A stretch of DNA of 64,000 nucleotides from Opitutaceae bacterium (GCA_051252375.1 JBPOFY010000001.1:480001-544000), one strand, 5' to 3'; shown: positions 32,108 to 43,455, counted from the stretch's first letter. The notes: a model not told the origin generated them from the sequence alone. Program-made: numbers and translations.

Positions 32108-32623
32108 ATGAAATTAAAACCTCTTTTTTCTCTCGCTTGCCTCAGTGCGCTCTTGATCTCGTTGTTGACGGGTTGTGCCTCGTTTGATCGCGGTACGCCA
32201 CAGGAAGTAATCATTTTGTCGTTCCCCACTGAAGCGAGTGTATACATTAATGGGGACGCGGTTGGCATCACCCCGATTGCGGTCAAGTTACCTCGTAAAG
32301 TCACCCATGAGGTGCGACTTGAAAAGTATGGTTTTAATTCAGCTGTGAAATATTTTGCACCTGTTGCCAACGAGAAGAGTAAAAATTTCATCCGGTTCGG
32401 CCTTTCAGAGGACCTTGGTTACTACGTAGATCTTGAGCCTGGCACTTTACAAGCAGAGCTGAAGAGTGGCTTAGTGCCTAATTCTACTGGCTCAGATCCA
32501 TTCGAAACGATGGCTCAAAAGGCCTTAGAGGCAGACCGTCAGCTCGAGGCTGGTGAGATCACACCTCTAGAGCACAAGGTCGTCATCGAGCAGATCATCG
32601 AGTTTTTCGAGCAGAGCATCTAA
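32108..32623 (+). CDS. PEGA-domain lipoprotein (paralog 2, C-terminal extension)
   Basis: Lipobox LTGC; SFPTEASVYINGDAVGITP; shares EDLGYYVDLEP with paralog 1. Confidence 0.85.
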   Translation: MKLKPLFSLACLSALLISLLTGCASFDRGTPQEVIILSFPTEASVYINGDAVGITPIAVKLPRKVTHEVRLEKYGFNSAVKYFAPVANEKSKNFIRFGLSEDLGYYVDLEPGTLQAELKSGLVPNSTGSDPFETMAQKALEADRQLEAGEITPLEHKVVIEQIIEFFEQSI

Positions 32624-32658
32624 GCTCTTGTTGCAATATTACCGCGTGCGGCACTCAT

Positions 32659-33039
32659 ATGAGCGAATTACCGAAGGACCTTCTCTATACTAAAGATCAC
32701 GAGTGGCTTCGGCTACATGAAGACGGCACAGCCACAGTTGGCATCACGCATTACGCGCAGGAAAGTTTAGGAGATATCACCTTTGTGGAGTTCCCTGATG
32801 TTGGCGCAACGATGGAGACTGGTGAAACTTTTGGAGTCGTCGAGTCGGTGAAGGCTGCATCCGATCTTTACATGCCGATTGACGCTGAAGTGCTTGAAAT
32901 CAACGAAGAAGCGGATTCCTCGCCCGAACTCTTGAATCAAGATGCATTTGGAGCTGGTTGGCTTTTGAAAATCCGCATCACCAATGAATCTCAGGTGGCA
33001 GGATTGTTATCCCCAGAGGCATATTCTGAGATCATTTAG
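32659..33039 (+). CDS. gcvH: Glycine cleavage system H protein
   Basis: YTKDHEW, VGIT.YAQ..LGD, lipoyl motif VESVKAAS. Confidence 0.96.
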   Translation: MSELPKDLLYTKDHEWLRLHEDGTATVGITHYAQESLGDITFVEFPDVGATMETGETFGVVESVKAASDLYMPIDAEVLEINEEADSSPELLNQDAFGAGWLLKIRITNESQVAGLLSPEAYSEII

Positions 33040-33150
33040 TATCTCAGGCGTAATGCGCCGGATTCGGAACTATATCGAGGCTATCGAGTTACATTTTGCT
33101 TTCTAAGCAGGAGTTGATTGTTCATCGTCTGCGCTCAATTTCATTGCAGT

Positions 33151-35082
33151 ATGACGCCACCCAAAGAACACACTAAGACTTCATGGACGATTGCAGACGC
33201 TGAGAACTATTATGGTCTCAAGCGTTGGGGTGGTCCACATTTCTCGGTTGATGACGATGGCTATATGCTGGTGCATCCAGAGGGCGACCAGCGAGCGATA
33301 CGCATACACGAAATTGTCAAAGAGGCTATCGGTAAAGGCTTAAAGCTCCCGCTTACAATTCGCATTCAAGACCTCTTGCGGACGCGCGTAGTTGAGCTGA
33401 ATACGCTCTTTGCAGAGGCCATTAAAGACGAAGGCTATGATGGGCGTTATCGCGGTGTGTTTCCCATCAAGGTGAATCAGCTGCGCGAAGTGGTTGAAGA
33501 AATCCAAGAAGCAGGTAAGGCGTTCAATTATGGCTTGGAGTGCGGCAGTAAGCCCGAGCTGATGATCGCACTGGCCATGCACAAGGATCCAAAGTCGCTG
33601 ATTATTTGTAATGGCTACAAAGATGATGAGTTTATTAAGCTCGTGTTGGCGGGACGCCGCCTAGGCAAAGAGATTTATATAGTGGTCGAGCAGCTCAGTG
33701 AAGTGGCCCGAATCATTCAGATTTCTAAGAAATTAGGCATCAAACCATTGATTGGCTTTCGCGTGAAATTATCTGCGACAGGCGAGGGTAAATGGGCCAG
33801 CTCGGCGGGGGAAGATGCGAAGTTTGGTCTTACCAGTCCGGAAATTTTAGATGCGATACGTCGACTGAAGCGTGCTGGACTGAGCGATTGCGTGAAACTG
33901 GTTCACTTTCACATCGGTTCACAGGTGCCCAATATTCAGACGATTAAAAAGGCGACAGTCGAAGCCGCTCGTTTCTTCTGCGAATTGCACAAAATGGGGC
34001 TGCCGATGGAGATCATGGATGTCGGCGGCGGCCTTGGTGTCGATTACGACGGATCGCGGAGTAATTACGAAAGCTCCATGAACTATACGATGCGGGAGTA
34101 TGCGCGCGATGTGGTTTATAATATTAAGAATGTTTGCGCCGATTCAGGCGTCCCGGTTCCCGATATCGTGACAGAGAGCGGTCGTGCGATTGTGGCGCCT
34201 CATTCGATCCTCGTCACGGAAGTGTGCGATACGATTTCCAAAACATCGGTCGAAGCCAAGCGTTCGACTAAGAAGAAACGTAATCCCGTCCTACGAGATT
34301 TGGATGCGATTCTCACCAACGAGCATAGATCCAGCGCTCTGGAGCGTTTTCATGATGCTCAACAAAAGAAAGAAGAGGCGAATAATCTCTTTAATCTAGG
34401 TTACCTTGATCTGACAGAACGAGCAGAGGCAGATTCGACCTATTGGAAAATCTGTAAAGAAGTGGCCGTTAACTCAAAAGGTGACGCCTATGTGCCGGAT
34501 GAACTGGATGCCTTGCCTCAAATGATGGCCGAGCAATACGTCTGCAATTTTTCCGTTTTCCAATCGCTCATCGATCATTGGGCCTGCGATCAACTTTTCC
34601 CTATAGCGCCACTCCATCGCCTCAATGAGTCGCCAGATGTCGATGCCACGCTAGTGGATATCACCTGCGATAGTGAGGGGAAAGTGTCTAAGTTTACCGA
34701 TGTTGAGGATATTCGCAGCACGCTTCGACTTCATGAACTTAAGGCTAAACAGCCATACTACCTCGGGTTCTTCCTTGTTGGTGCTTACCAAGACATTATG
34801 GGTGATCTGCACAATCTTTTCGGTCGCGTGAACGAGGTGCATGTCTTCCTTGAAGACGATGAGGAAGATGGCTTTTACATCGAAGACAGTATTAAAGGGT
34901 TCACGATCAACGATGTGCTAGGGTTCACTCAATACGATGGTCACATTTTGACCCGTTTGATGAAGAAGCAAATCGATCGCGCCACCAAGGCGGATAAGAT
35001 TAAGCCACGCGAAGGCACGCGCATGCTCGATGAATACGCCGAACTCCTGCGTGGACCGACGTATTTGAAGACGTCCAAGTAG
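33151..35082 (+). CDS. speA: Biosynthetic arginine decarboxylase
   Basis: FPIKVNQ, GSKPEL, HFHIGSQ, DVGGGLGVDYDG, DITCDSEG, GAYQ. Confidence 0.97.
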   Translation: MTPPKEHTKTSWTIADAENYYGLKRWGGPHFSVDDDGYMLVHPEGDQRAIRIHEIVKEAIGKGLKLPLTIRIQDLLRTRVVELNTLFAEAIKDEGYDGRYRGVFPIKVNQLREVVEEIQEAGKAFNYGLECGSKPELMIALAMHKDPKSLIICNGYKDDEFIKLVLAGRRLGKEIYIVVEQLSEVARIIQISKKLGIKPLIGFRVKLSATGEGKWASSAGEDAKFGLTSPEILDAIRRLKRAGLSDCVKLVHFHIGSQVPNIQTIKKATVEAARFFCELHKMGLPMEIMDVGGGLGVDYDGSRSNYESSMNYTMREYARDVVYNIKNVCADSGVPVPDIVTESGRAIVAPHSILVTEVCDTISKTSVEAKRSTKKKRNPVLRDLDAILTNEHRSSALERFHDAQQKKEEANNLFNLGYLDLTERAEADSTYWKICKEVAVNSKGDAYVPDELDALPQMMAEQYVCNFSVFQSLIDHWACDQLFPIAPLHRLNESPDVDATLVDITCDSEGKVSKFTDVEDIRSTLRLHELKAKQPYYLGFFLVGAYQDIMGDLHNLFGRVNEVHVFLEDDEEDGFYIEDSIKGFTINDVLGFTQYDGHILTRLMKKQIDRATKADKIKPREGTRMLDEYAELLRGPTYLKTSK

Positions 35083-35096
35083 ATGATCCTTCTTGG

Positions 35097-36413
35097 CTAA
35101 CTATCCAGATCTTCTTTGGGCAAGGTAGGGATCTTTTCGATCGGTGTGACTTCAGGAATGGCCTCAGCGGAGGCGCTGTCTAAAGCTTCAAACTTCTTAG
35201 CTGTCACCAGTAGGCGACTTTCGACTGAGCTGATTGCTTTGTTGTAGTGTCCGACAGATTGGTCGAGGCTCTTGCCGAGTTTGGCGAAGTGTCCGGCGAC
35301 CACGCCGATACGTTCGTAGAGTTCTTTGCCGAGTGCCGCGATCTGTTTGGCTTCGCGCGCGATGGCTTCTTGCTGCCAACCATAGGCGATGGCCTTGAGT
35401 AGCGCGATGAGCGTGGTCGGCGTGGCGAGGATGACCTTATTGAGCACACCTAATTCGATCAGCTGTGGGTCTTGTTCAAGCGCTGCGCTGAAGATGGTCT
35501 CGTTCGGGATGAAGAGCACCACGAACTCAGGCGCATTGTCGAACTGCGTCCAATAGCTTTTTGCCGAAAGCCCTTTGATATGGTCGCGGATATGGCGTGC
35601 GTGTGCGACCATACGTTCTTTCTGGTGGTCAGGGTCTTCCGATTGCAGGGCATCCAAATAGGCGGCGAGTGGCACCTTGGAGTCGACCACCACGACTCGC
35701 TCGTTTGGCAGACGAATGATCATATCAGGGCGCTGGCGCTGACCATCGATGGTTTCGACGGAGGCCTGCTCTTCAAAGTCGCAGTAGTTGATCATGCCCG
35801 CCATCTCGACTGTGCGGCGGAGTTGCATTTCGCCCCATTGTCCACGGACTTGTGGTGCACGGAGTGCCTGCACAAGGCTACCAGTTGTGCGGCTGAGTTG
35901 AATTTGTGATTCGGCGAGTTGCTGGAGCTGTTGCTTGAGGGTGGCGTCGGTTTGGGTGCGTCGCTCCTCGATCTTTTCGACACGTTCGTTGAAGGCTTTG
36001 AGTGCGAGACCTACCGGTTCGACGGTCTTGTTGATCGCCTCTTGGCGCTTCTCTAGGTCGCTTTTGGCGCCATCTTGATATTTCTCTAGTGTGGTCTTGG
36101 CTAAGTTGAGGAAGGACTCGTTATTTTTTGAAAGGGCCTCAGATGACAGGGCCTTGAAGCTATCTTGTAGGTTCTTTTTAGCCTCTTCAAGCAGGGCGAG
36201 CTTCTCATTGGCGGCTTTCAGTTCGGCCTCACGCTGTGCTTCAATACGGGCGAGGGCTTCCTTGGCTGAAGCATGTTGATTACGTAGTTCGTCTCGCTCG
36301 GCTTCGGTCTGGGTCAATGATTGCTTGATGCCTTTTTGGACGCCGTTGATCACGAAGAAAACGAGTCCGCCTCCGAGAATCACACCCACTACCACGCCAA
36401 TCAAAATTTCCAT
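35097..36413 (-). CDS. rmuC: DNA recombination protein RmuC
   Basis: N-terminal TM and coiled coil, RGQWGE, RPD...LP...VDSKVPL, ATPTTL. Confidence 0.95.
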   Translation of the reverse strand: MEILIGVVVGVILGGGLVFFVINGVQKGIKQSLTQTEAERDELRNQHASAKEALARIEAQREAELKAANEKLALLEEAKKNLQDSFKALSSEALSKNNESFLNLAKTTLEKYQDGAKSDLEKRQEAINKTVEPVGLALKAFNERVEKIEERRTQTDATLKQQLQQLAESQIQLSRTTGSLVQALRAPQVRGQWGEMQLRRTVEMAGMINYCDFEEQASVETIDGQRQRPDMIIRLPNERVVVVDSKVPLAAYLDALQSEDPDHQKERMVAHARHIRDHIKGLSAKSYWTQFDNAPEFVVLFIPNETIFSAALEQDPQLIELGVLNKVILATPTTLIALLKAIAYGWQQEAIAREAKQIAALGKELYERIGVVAGHFAKLGKSLDQSVGHYNKAISSVESRLLVTAKKFEALDSASAEAIPEVTPIEKIPTLPKEDLDS

Positions 36414-36497
36414 AGCTCAATTGAGTCAGCTTTAAGCGAACTGGCAATGTTGGAAACCGTCTGACTGAAATATATGGTGTTATCGCAAAACTTGCTT

Positions 36498-36539
36498 CGA
36501 TATTTGAAGTTCAATGTTGGAAGTTGTAAGTTCGATGTT
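36498..36539. repeat. Solo heptamer tandem array (consensus about CGAAGTT)
   Basis: cgatatt tgaagtt caatgtt ggaagtt gtaagtt cgatgtt. Confidence 0.8.
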
Positions 36540-36553
36540 CAAATTCATGCATC

Positions 36554-37051
36554 ATGACTGATCAAGATCTTGGACCTACCGGCGAAATTTGCTTCGACCT
36601 GCCTTCTCCCTACGAACCCCATCCATGTGGCTTGCTTCATTTGCCACGTTTTATTGCAAAGTGTCACAAGCATCTGGCTGGGGAACTGCCGAAGTCGTAT
36701 CAGAAGAACTTCTGTCGCGGGTTTGATCGTTTTCTTTCCATGCACCTCGGGGTTGACCCGAAGCAGGTGTTGGAAGCAGTCGAGCAGGCGGGTGATGACG
36801 AGATTGAGTTGGACCGCTTGCTTGGCGAGTTTTTCCCTGAGGATTTGAAGGTCGTCGAATGGAACCGTGAAGTCACCCATAAGGGACAAACTGAGGCGGG
36901 CCGTGAGTTTTTAGCGGAATCGCTCACAAATATGGGTTGTCCAGACATGATCGGCAAGGTCGGGTGTGTCATGGATATGATCGATTTCGACGAGGGGCGG
37001 ATTCCCGGATTCTCTGACGAGCGACGTAGTGAATGGGAAGCTGCGCAGTAG
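36554..37051 (+). CDS. DUF5069-like protein
   Basis: LPSPYE...GLLHLPRFIAK, FL..LGVD, C-terminal IDFDEGR. Confidence 0.7.
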   Translation: MTDQDLGPTGEICFDLPSPYEPHPCGLLHLPRFIAKCHKHLAGELPKSYQKNFCRGFDRFLSMHLGVDPKQVLEAVEQAGDDEIELDRLLGEFFPEDLKVVEWNREVTHKGQTEAGREFLAESLTNMGCPDMIGKVGCVMDMIDFDEGRIPGFSDERRSEWEAAQ

Positions 37052-37105
37052 GTTCCTGTCTTTATTCGTAGTATCCGTTGCTAGAATTGCCGATGGGAAA
37101 AATTT

Positions 37106-37146
37106 AAAAGCCCTGCGGTCTTTCGACCGCAGGGCTTTCTTCTTTA
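37106..37146. terminator. Bidirectional intrinsic terminator
   Basis: AAAGCCCTGCGGTC-TTTC-GACCGCAGGGCTTT between convergent genes. Confidence 0.85.
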
Positions 37147-37165
37147 ACAAACAACAGTCTTTAAA

Positions 37166-38197
37166 TTAATTTTCAGCACCTTGGGCAGAGAAGAACTCCT
37201 GTAGCACTTCCATCTTCTTCTGCTCAATACGCTCTTCCTGGACTTCTTCCTTTGAGCGCTGGCGTTCGTTTTCAGTCATAATGCGGCGCATCTTGTGGAT
37301 CGCGATATTCTGAATTTGGCGGACGCGTTCGCGAGTGATCTCAAACTTCTCGCCAACTTCTTCGAGAGTGAGTGGGCGGCTGCCGTCGAGGCCGAAGCGA
37401 AGGCGTATAATCTCGCCTTCACGTTCCTCTAGCAGGCCGATGACAGAAGCGATGTCATTGCTCATCGACTTCCCTTCTAGGTCTTCTAGAGGGGTGGCTT
37501 GGTTCTCGTCGCCGACGAGTTCGCCAAAACTGGTGTCACCGTCTTCGCCAACGGGCGCATCAAGTGAGGCTGGACGGACGCTGACGGATTTGAGGTGCGC
37601 GATCTTGTTGACCGGTATGCCCATGACATAGCCAATTTCCTCATCGGATGGCTCGCGATCGAGTTCGTCAGCCAGTTGGGCAGTCACCTTGCGGATCTTC
37701 GCGATTTTATCGACTAAGTGAACTGGTAGGCGGATGGTTTTGCTCTGATTCGCAAGTGCTCTTTTGATGGACTGTTTGATCCACCAAGCCGCATAAGTGC
37801 TGAGCTTGCCACCTTTTGAAGGGTCGAAGCGTTCGACGGCTTTGATGAGACCGATGTTGCCTTCGCTGATCAGGTCGAGCAGCGGAAGGCCGAAATTGTT
37901 ATAGTCGTGGGCAATCTTCACTACCAGTCGGAGGTTCGCAGAGATCATGTGGTCGCGGGCAGCTTTGTCGCCTTTTTGGATGCGGGCGGCTAGTTTGATT
38001 TCCTCTTTTGGCGTGAGCAGGGGCGTTTTGCCGATTTCCTGCATGTAGGTGCGCATGACATTTCGATCTGCAGATGGTAATGCACGAACGTCAGTGATGG
38101 TGTCGGCTTGATCTGATTCCGAGCGTGGCACGCGGGAACGCTTGGGTGCGAGTGGGCGACTGTTGCGAATTTTTTCTGCTGCCGATTTCTGTGCCAT
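37166..38197 (-). CDS. RNA polymerase sigma-70 factor (RpoD/SigA family, lacking region 1.1)
   Basis: ANLRLVVKIA, DLISEGNIGL, STYAAWWIKQ, TRERVRQI. Confidence 0.95.
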   Translation of the reverse strand: MAQKSAAEKIRNSRPLAPKRSRVPRSESDQADTITDVRALPSADRNVMRTYMQEIGKTPLLTPKEEIKLAARIQKGDKAARDHMISANLRLVVKIAHDYNNFGLPLLDLISEGNIGLIKAVERFDPSKGGKLSTYAAWWIKQSIKRALANQSKTIRLPVHLVDKIAKIRKVTAQLADELDREPSDEEIGYVMGIPVNKIAHLKSVSVRPASLDAPVGEDGDTSFGELVGDENQATPLEDLEGKSMSNDIASVIGLLEEREGEIIRLRFGLDGSRPLTLEEVGEKFEITRERVRQIQNIAIHKMRRIMTENERQRSKEEVQEERIEQKKMEVLQEFFSAQGAEN

Positions 38198-38322
38198 GAT
38201 AATGTATGCGTTAGAAGCGTTTATTGCTTACTTGTTTAGAGTGTGGACAGGGAAATTTATTCCTTGTTCATGCATATCTATCGCAGAAATATCGGCAGCC
38301 TTACCGAAAGAATCCAAAAATC

Positions 38323-39816
<1,494 letters not shown>

Positions 39817-39826
39817 GGGAATAGAA

Positions 39827-40007
39827 AACGTCGAACGTTGAACTTCGAACGTCGAACGTCGAATAAATTTTCAAGGACTAATGGTTGAAAGGATGAATTA
39901 TTGAATGAGGGCCATGGCTCATGCTCGGGGGCAGCTAAAGCAGCCGGTCCAAGCCTTGCACAGTGGCTCATTAGAAAATCGAAGTTGAGCGTTCGAAGTT
40001 CAATGTT
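39827..40007. repeat. Inverted heptamer tandem arrays (AACGTCG / CGAAGTT) enclosing 118 bp
   Basis: Five units at 39827-39861 and four inverted units at 39980-40007. Confidence 0.85.
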
Positions 40008-41149
40008 CAAGCGCCTGCAAGGCGCGTAAAGTGTGCCTCAGCTGATTGCAAGGTCTCCTCGATGTCGTCGCCGACCACGCAGAAGTGCCCCATCTTGCGC
40101 CCCGGGCGTGCTTCGCCTTTGTCGTAGAGGTGGAGTTTTACGTTCGGATCGCTGAGTAGACCGGCCCAGTCGGGTTCGCCATTTTGCCAGACATCGCCCA
40201 GCAGGTTGATCATTACAGTCGCGCATTGCAGATCAGTAGAGCCAAAGGGCAGACCGGTGACCGCGCGGATGTGTTGTTCAAATTGTGAAGTGACGCAGCC
40301 GTCGATTGTGTAGTGACCTGAATTGTGGGGGCGCGGCGCCATTTCGTTGATGATCAGGCTGCCGTCTTCGTCGAGGAAGAGTTCGACGGCAATAAGCCCG
40401 ACAACATTCAGCTTGTCGGCAATCTCGCAGGCAAGTGCCTCACCTGCAGCGCAGGTCGCATCCGTTACACGCGCGGGAACGATCGAGGCGTGTAGGATAT
40501 GGTGCACGTGGATGTTTTCCGACATAGGGAAAGTGATTTTTGAGCCATCGACCTTGCGGGCGCAGACCACGGAAAATTCACCGATGTGGTGGATCCACTT
40601 TTCAACGACGACACGTGGTGGGCGTTCTAGAAAGTTCCAGAGGTATTCACAGTCGGCGGCTTCTTCGGGGGCATTGAGCTTGATCTGACCTTTACCGTCA
40701 TAACCAAAGGCAGCGGTTTTAATCACGCAGGGGTAACCAATTGCTTCGACCGCAGCCTTCAAGCTTTCAGGGGAGTCCGCATATTCAAAAGGCACGCAAG
40801 GCAGATCGTTCTCCTTGAGGAAATCTTTTTCGCGCTGGCGGTGCTGGCAAATGTGTAGCGCTTGTTTGCCTGGCATCACTGGCTTGATCGCGCTCAGCAT
40901 CTCGAGCACCTCGGCAGGGATGTTTTCAAACTCCAAGGTGATGATATCGACGCCCTCGGCAAATGCGCGCAGCGCAGCTTCATCGGAGTAGGGCGCATTC
41001 ACTTCTTTATCCGCCACCATACCTGCAGTGCAGGGGCCAGACGGTTCGAAGATGTGAAAGCGATAGCCTAAAGCGCGGCCAGCGAGAATGAGCATGCGGC
41101 CGAGCTGTCCGCCGCCTAGAATACCAATGGTGCTACCTGGTGTAATCAT
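40007..41149 (-). CDS. purK: N5-CAIR synthetase
   Basis: GILGGGQLGRM, GYDGKGQ, NEMAPRPHNSGH, RKMGH. Confidence 0.97.
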   Translation of the reverse strand: MITPGSTIGILGGGQLGRMLILAGRALGYRFHIFEPSGPCTAGMVADKEVNAPYSDEAALRAFAEGVDIITLEFENIPAEVLEMLSAIKPVMPGKQALHICQHRQREKDFLKENDLPCVPFEYADSPESLKAAVEAIGYPCVIKTAAFGYDGKGQIKLNAPEEAADCEYLWNFLERPPRVVVEKWIHHIGEFSVVCARKVDGSKITFPMSENIHVHHILHASIVPARVTDATCAAGEALACEIADKLNVVGLIAVELFLDEDGSLIINEMAPRPHNSGHYTIDGCVTSQFEQHIRAVTGLPFGSTDLQCATVMINLLGDVWQNGEPDWAGLLSDPNVKLHLYDKGEARPGRKMGHFCVVGDDIEETLQSAEAHFTRLAGA

Positions 41150-41652
41150 TATGCTTCCGGTAGCTCGGTAGAGAGCACGGTGTTGGTTTGATTTTCGCGG
41201 AAAGCCTTGAGGCGGTCACGCACGCCGCTGTCGTTGAGCGAAAGGATTGAGGCCGCGGAGAGCGCGGCGTTTTTCGCGCCAGCGACACCGATTGCCAAAG
41301 TCATGACTGGGATGCCTGCGGGCATCTGCACGATGGAAAGAAGCGAGTCTTGCCCACTCAGTGCCTTCGATTGCACTGGCACGCCGAGCACGGGCAGGTG
41401 AGTCATAGCAGCAGTCATACCTGGTAGGTGGGCTGCGCCGCCAGCACCGGCGATGATGATTTGGATGCCACGCGCCTCGGCTTCTTCTGCGTAAGAGTAG
41501 AGTAGTTTCGGGGTGCGGTGCGCACTCACGATCTTCGTTTCGAAGGGAATTTCGAGCTGTTTGAGCAAGGCAGCGGCTTCACCCATGGTGCTCCAATCTG
41601 ATTGGCTTCCCATGATGATCCCGACGACGGCGTTGTTTGCGTTGGCTTCCAT
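41149..41652 (-). CDS. purE: N5-CAIR mutase
   Basis: [30 protein letters not shown]. Confidence 0.97.
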   Translation of the reverse strand: MEANANNAVVGIIMGSQSDWSTMGEAAALLKQLEIPFETKIVSAHRTPKLLYSYAEEAEARGIQIIIAGAGGAAHLPGMTAAMTHLPVLGVPVQSKALSGQDSLLSIVQMPAGIPVMTLAIGVAGAKNAALSAASILSLNDSGVRDRLKAFRENQTNTVLSTELPEA

Positions 41653-41838
41653 GGGGGCAAGAGAAGCGGATTCCTTGAGGGAATTCAACCTTTGAAGCGT
41701 TGAAATGGTGCTTTGCAATTTTCTCGATTCCCGAGGCATGCGCAGAGAGTTCTACTCGAGTGGCCGTCCGTGCGTTTGATTCAGACGGTGACTCTGTTTG
41801 TGCCGTGCTCTCGGTGTAATTGGGCGATGAGGCAGTTC

Positions 41839-43455
41839 TTATCCAGCAACTGGCTTAAGTGTGTAACCTCTCGCTAAAGTGCGAAAGCTCTCTGCTTCGC
41901 TCTGCGCCCATGCTTCGGATTCGCCGAGTTCCTGGGCGAGGAGTTGGGCGATGCGGTCTGCTGAATCGATGGCGGCTTGTGCGTTGAGTAGCAGGATGCG
42001 GGTCCGACGGGAAAGGATGTCTTCGACCTTGCGGGCCATTTCGTTCTGAATGGACCAGACGGCATCGGCCATGGTGTAAGGGAGATCAGAATGGATGCGT
42101 TGAGCTAGTTCGGGGCGCTCTGCGATGAGTGCTTGAATTTGTGGAGCGTCACAGCCGTAAAGTGCGAAATGGGTAGGGACGGCTGCCTCTAGCTGTCCGT
42201 TCATTTCATCGGCGGACGTCTGAGGGCAGACGTCCCTACCGCCGTGCAACTTCAATTCCGCGGTCTTGCATGGCAATGCGCTGAGCCCGCCGAGCGTTTC
42301 GGCTTGGTCGATGGCGTCTTCGGCCATGTGGCGGTAGGTGGTCCATTTGCCGCCGGTGATGGTGAGTAGACCGCTGTCGGAAATGAGGATGGTGTGGTCG
42401 CGTGAAAGGGCGGCGGTGTTGCCTTCGCTGTCGTGGGCTTTCACGAGTGGGCGTAGACCAGCGAAGACGCTGAGCACGTCGGCTCGTTGCGGATCTTTGG
42501 CGAGATACTGAGCGGCGTTTTTGAGGATAAACTCGATTTCCTCTTCAAGCGCGACGGGTTCGAGGTCGATGCTTTCGACAGGTGTGTCGGTGGTGCCGAC
42601 GATCACATGGTCGTGCCACGGCACCGCAAAGAGCACTCGACCGTCAGTTGTTTGTGGCACCATCACTGCGGCGTCACCAGGGACGAACTCTTTGGGCAGC
42701 ACGATATGCACGCCTTGGCTGGCGGCGATAATCTTGGGTGTATTTGGATTATCAATACGGCGCAGGGCATCAGTGAAAACGCCGGTCGCGTTAATGATGA
42801 CTTTCCCGGCGAGTGTAAAAGCTTCGCCGGTTTCGGTGTCTTCGCAGTGGACGGCACGGATGAGTCCGTCTGTTTTTTCAAAGCCTGTGGCTTTAATGTA
42901 GTTCAAGGCGATGCCACCCTGGTCATAAACTGTTTGCGCGAGATCGATCGCCAGCCGTGCGTCGTCGAATTGACCATCGTAGTAGATCACGCCGCCTTGC
43001 AGGCCCTCTGTCTCAAGAGTGGGGATGCGTTCGAGTGTTTCTTCTTTGCTGAGATTCTTTGAAGGCTTGAGCCCAAGTTTACCCGCTAGCATATCGTAAA
43101 CTTTGAGACCGATTCCGTAAAAGGGACCGTCCCACCACTTATAGATCGGGACGATAAAGGATTGGTGGCGGACGAGGTGGGGCGCATTCGCGCACAGGCG
43201 ACCGCGTTCTTTCAAGGCGTCTAGCACGAGCGAAATATTACCCTGTTTCAGATAGCGCACGCCGCCATGCACCAGCTTAGTGCTTCGACTGGACGTGCCT
43301 TGCGCAAAGTCCGCTTGCTCTATGAGGGCGACTGAGTGTCCGCGACTGGCGGCATCGACCGCGCAGCCTAGACCGGTTGCGCCGCCTCCTATGATGACGA
43401 TATCGAAAGGTGCTGTGAGCGACTTCAGTTTCGTCAATGCCTCGTTACGATTCAT
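41839..43455 (-). CDS. glpD: FAD-dependent glycerol-3-phosphate dehydrogenase/oxidase
   Basis: IGGGATG, GTSSRSTKLVHGGVRYL, DGQFDDAR, GGKWTTYR; carries an in-frame REP doublet. Confidence 0.95.
   Translation of the reverse strand: MNRNEALTKLKSLTAPFDIVIIGGGATGLGCAVDAASRGHSVALIEQADFAQGTSSRSTKLVHGGVRYLKQGNISLVLDALKERGRLCANAPHLVRHQSFIVPIYKWWDGPFYGIGLKVYDMLAGKLGLKPSKNLSKEETLERIPTLETEGLQGGVIYYDGQFDDARLAIDLAQTVYDQGGIALNYIKATGFEKTDGLIRAVHCEDTETGEAFTLAGKVIINATGVFTDALRRIDNPNTPKIIAASQGVHIVLPKEFVPGDAAVMVPQTTDGRVLFAVPWHDHVIVGTTDTPVESIDLEPVALEEEIEFILKNAAQYLAKDPQRADVLSVFAGLRPLVKAHDSEGNTAALSRDHTILISDSGLLTITGGKWTTYRHMAEDAIDQAETLGGLSALPCKTAELKLHGGRDVCPQTSADEMNGQLEAAVPTHFALYGCDAPQIQALIAERPELAQRIHSDLPYTMADAVWSIQNEMARKVEDILSRRTRILLLNAQAAIDSADRIAQLLAQELGESEAWAQSEAESFRTLARGYTLKPVAG
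42172..42240. repeat. GTAG REP doublet (family A) inside the glpD coding sequence
   Basis: GGTAGGGACGGCTGCCTCTAGCTGTCCG...CGGACGTCTGAGGGCAGACGTCCCTACC; 69 bp; homologous to 51596-51671 and 55981-56054. Confidence 0.9.
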
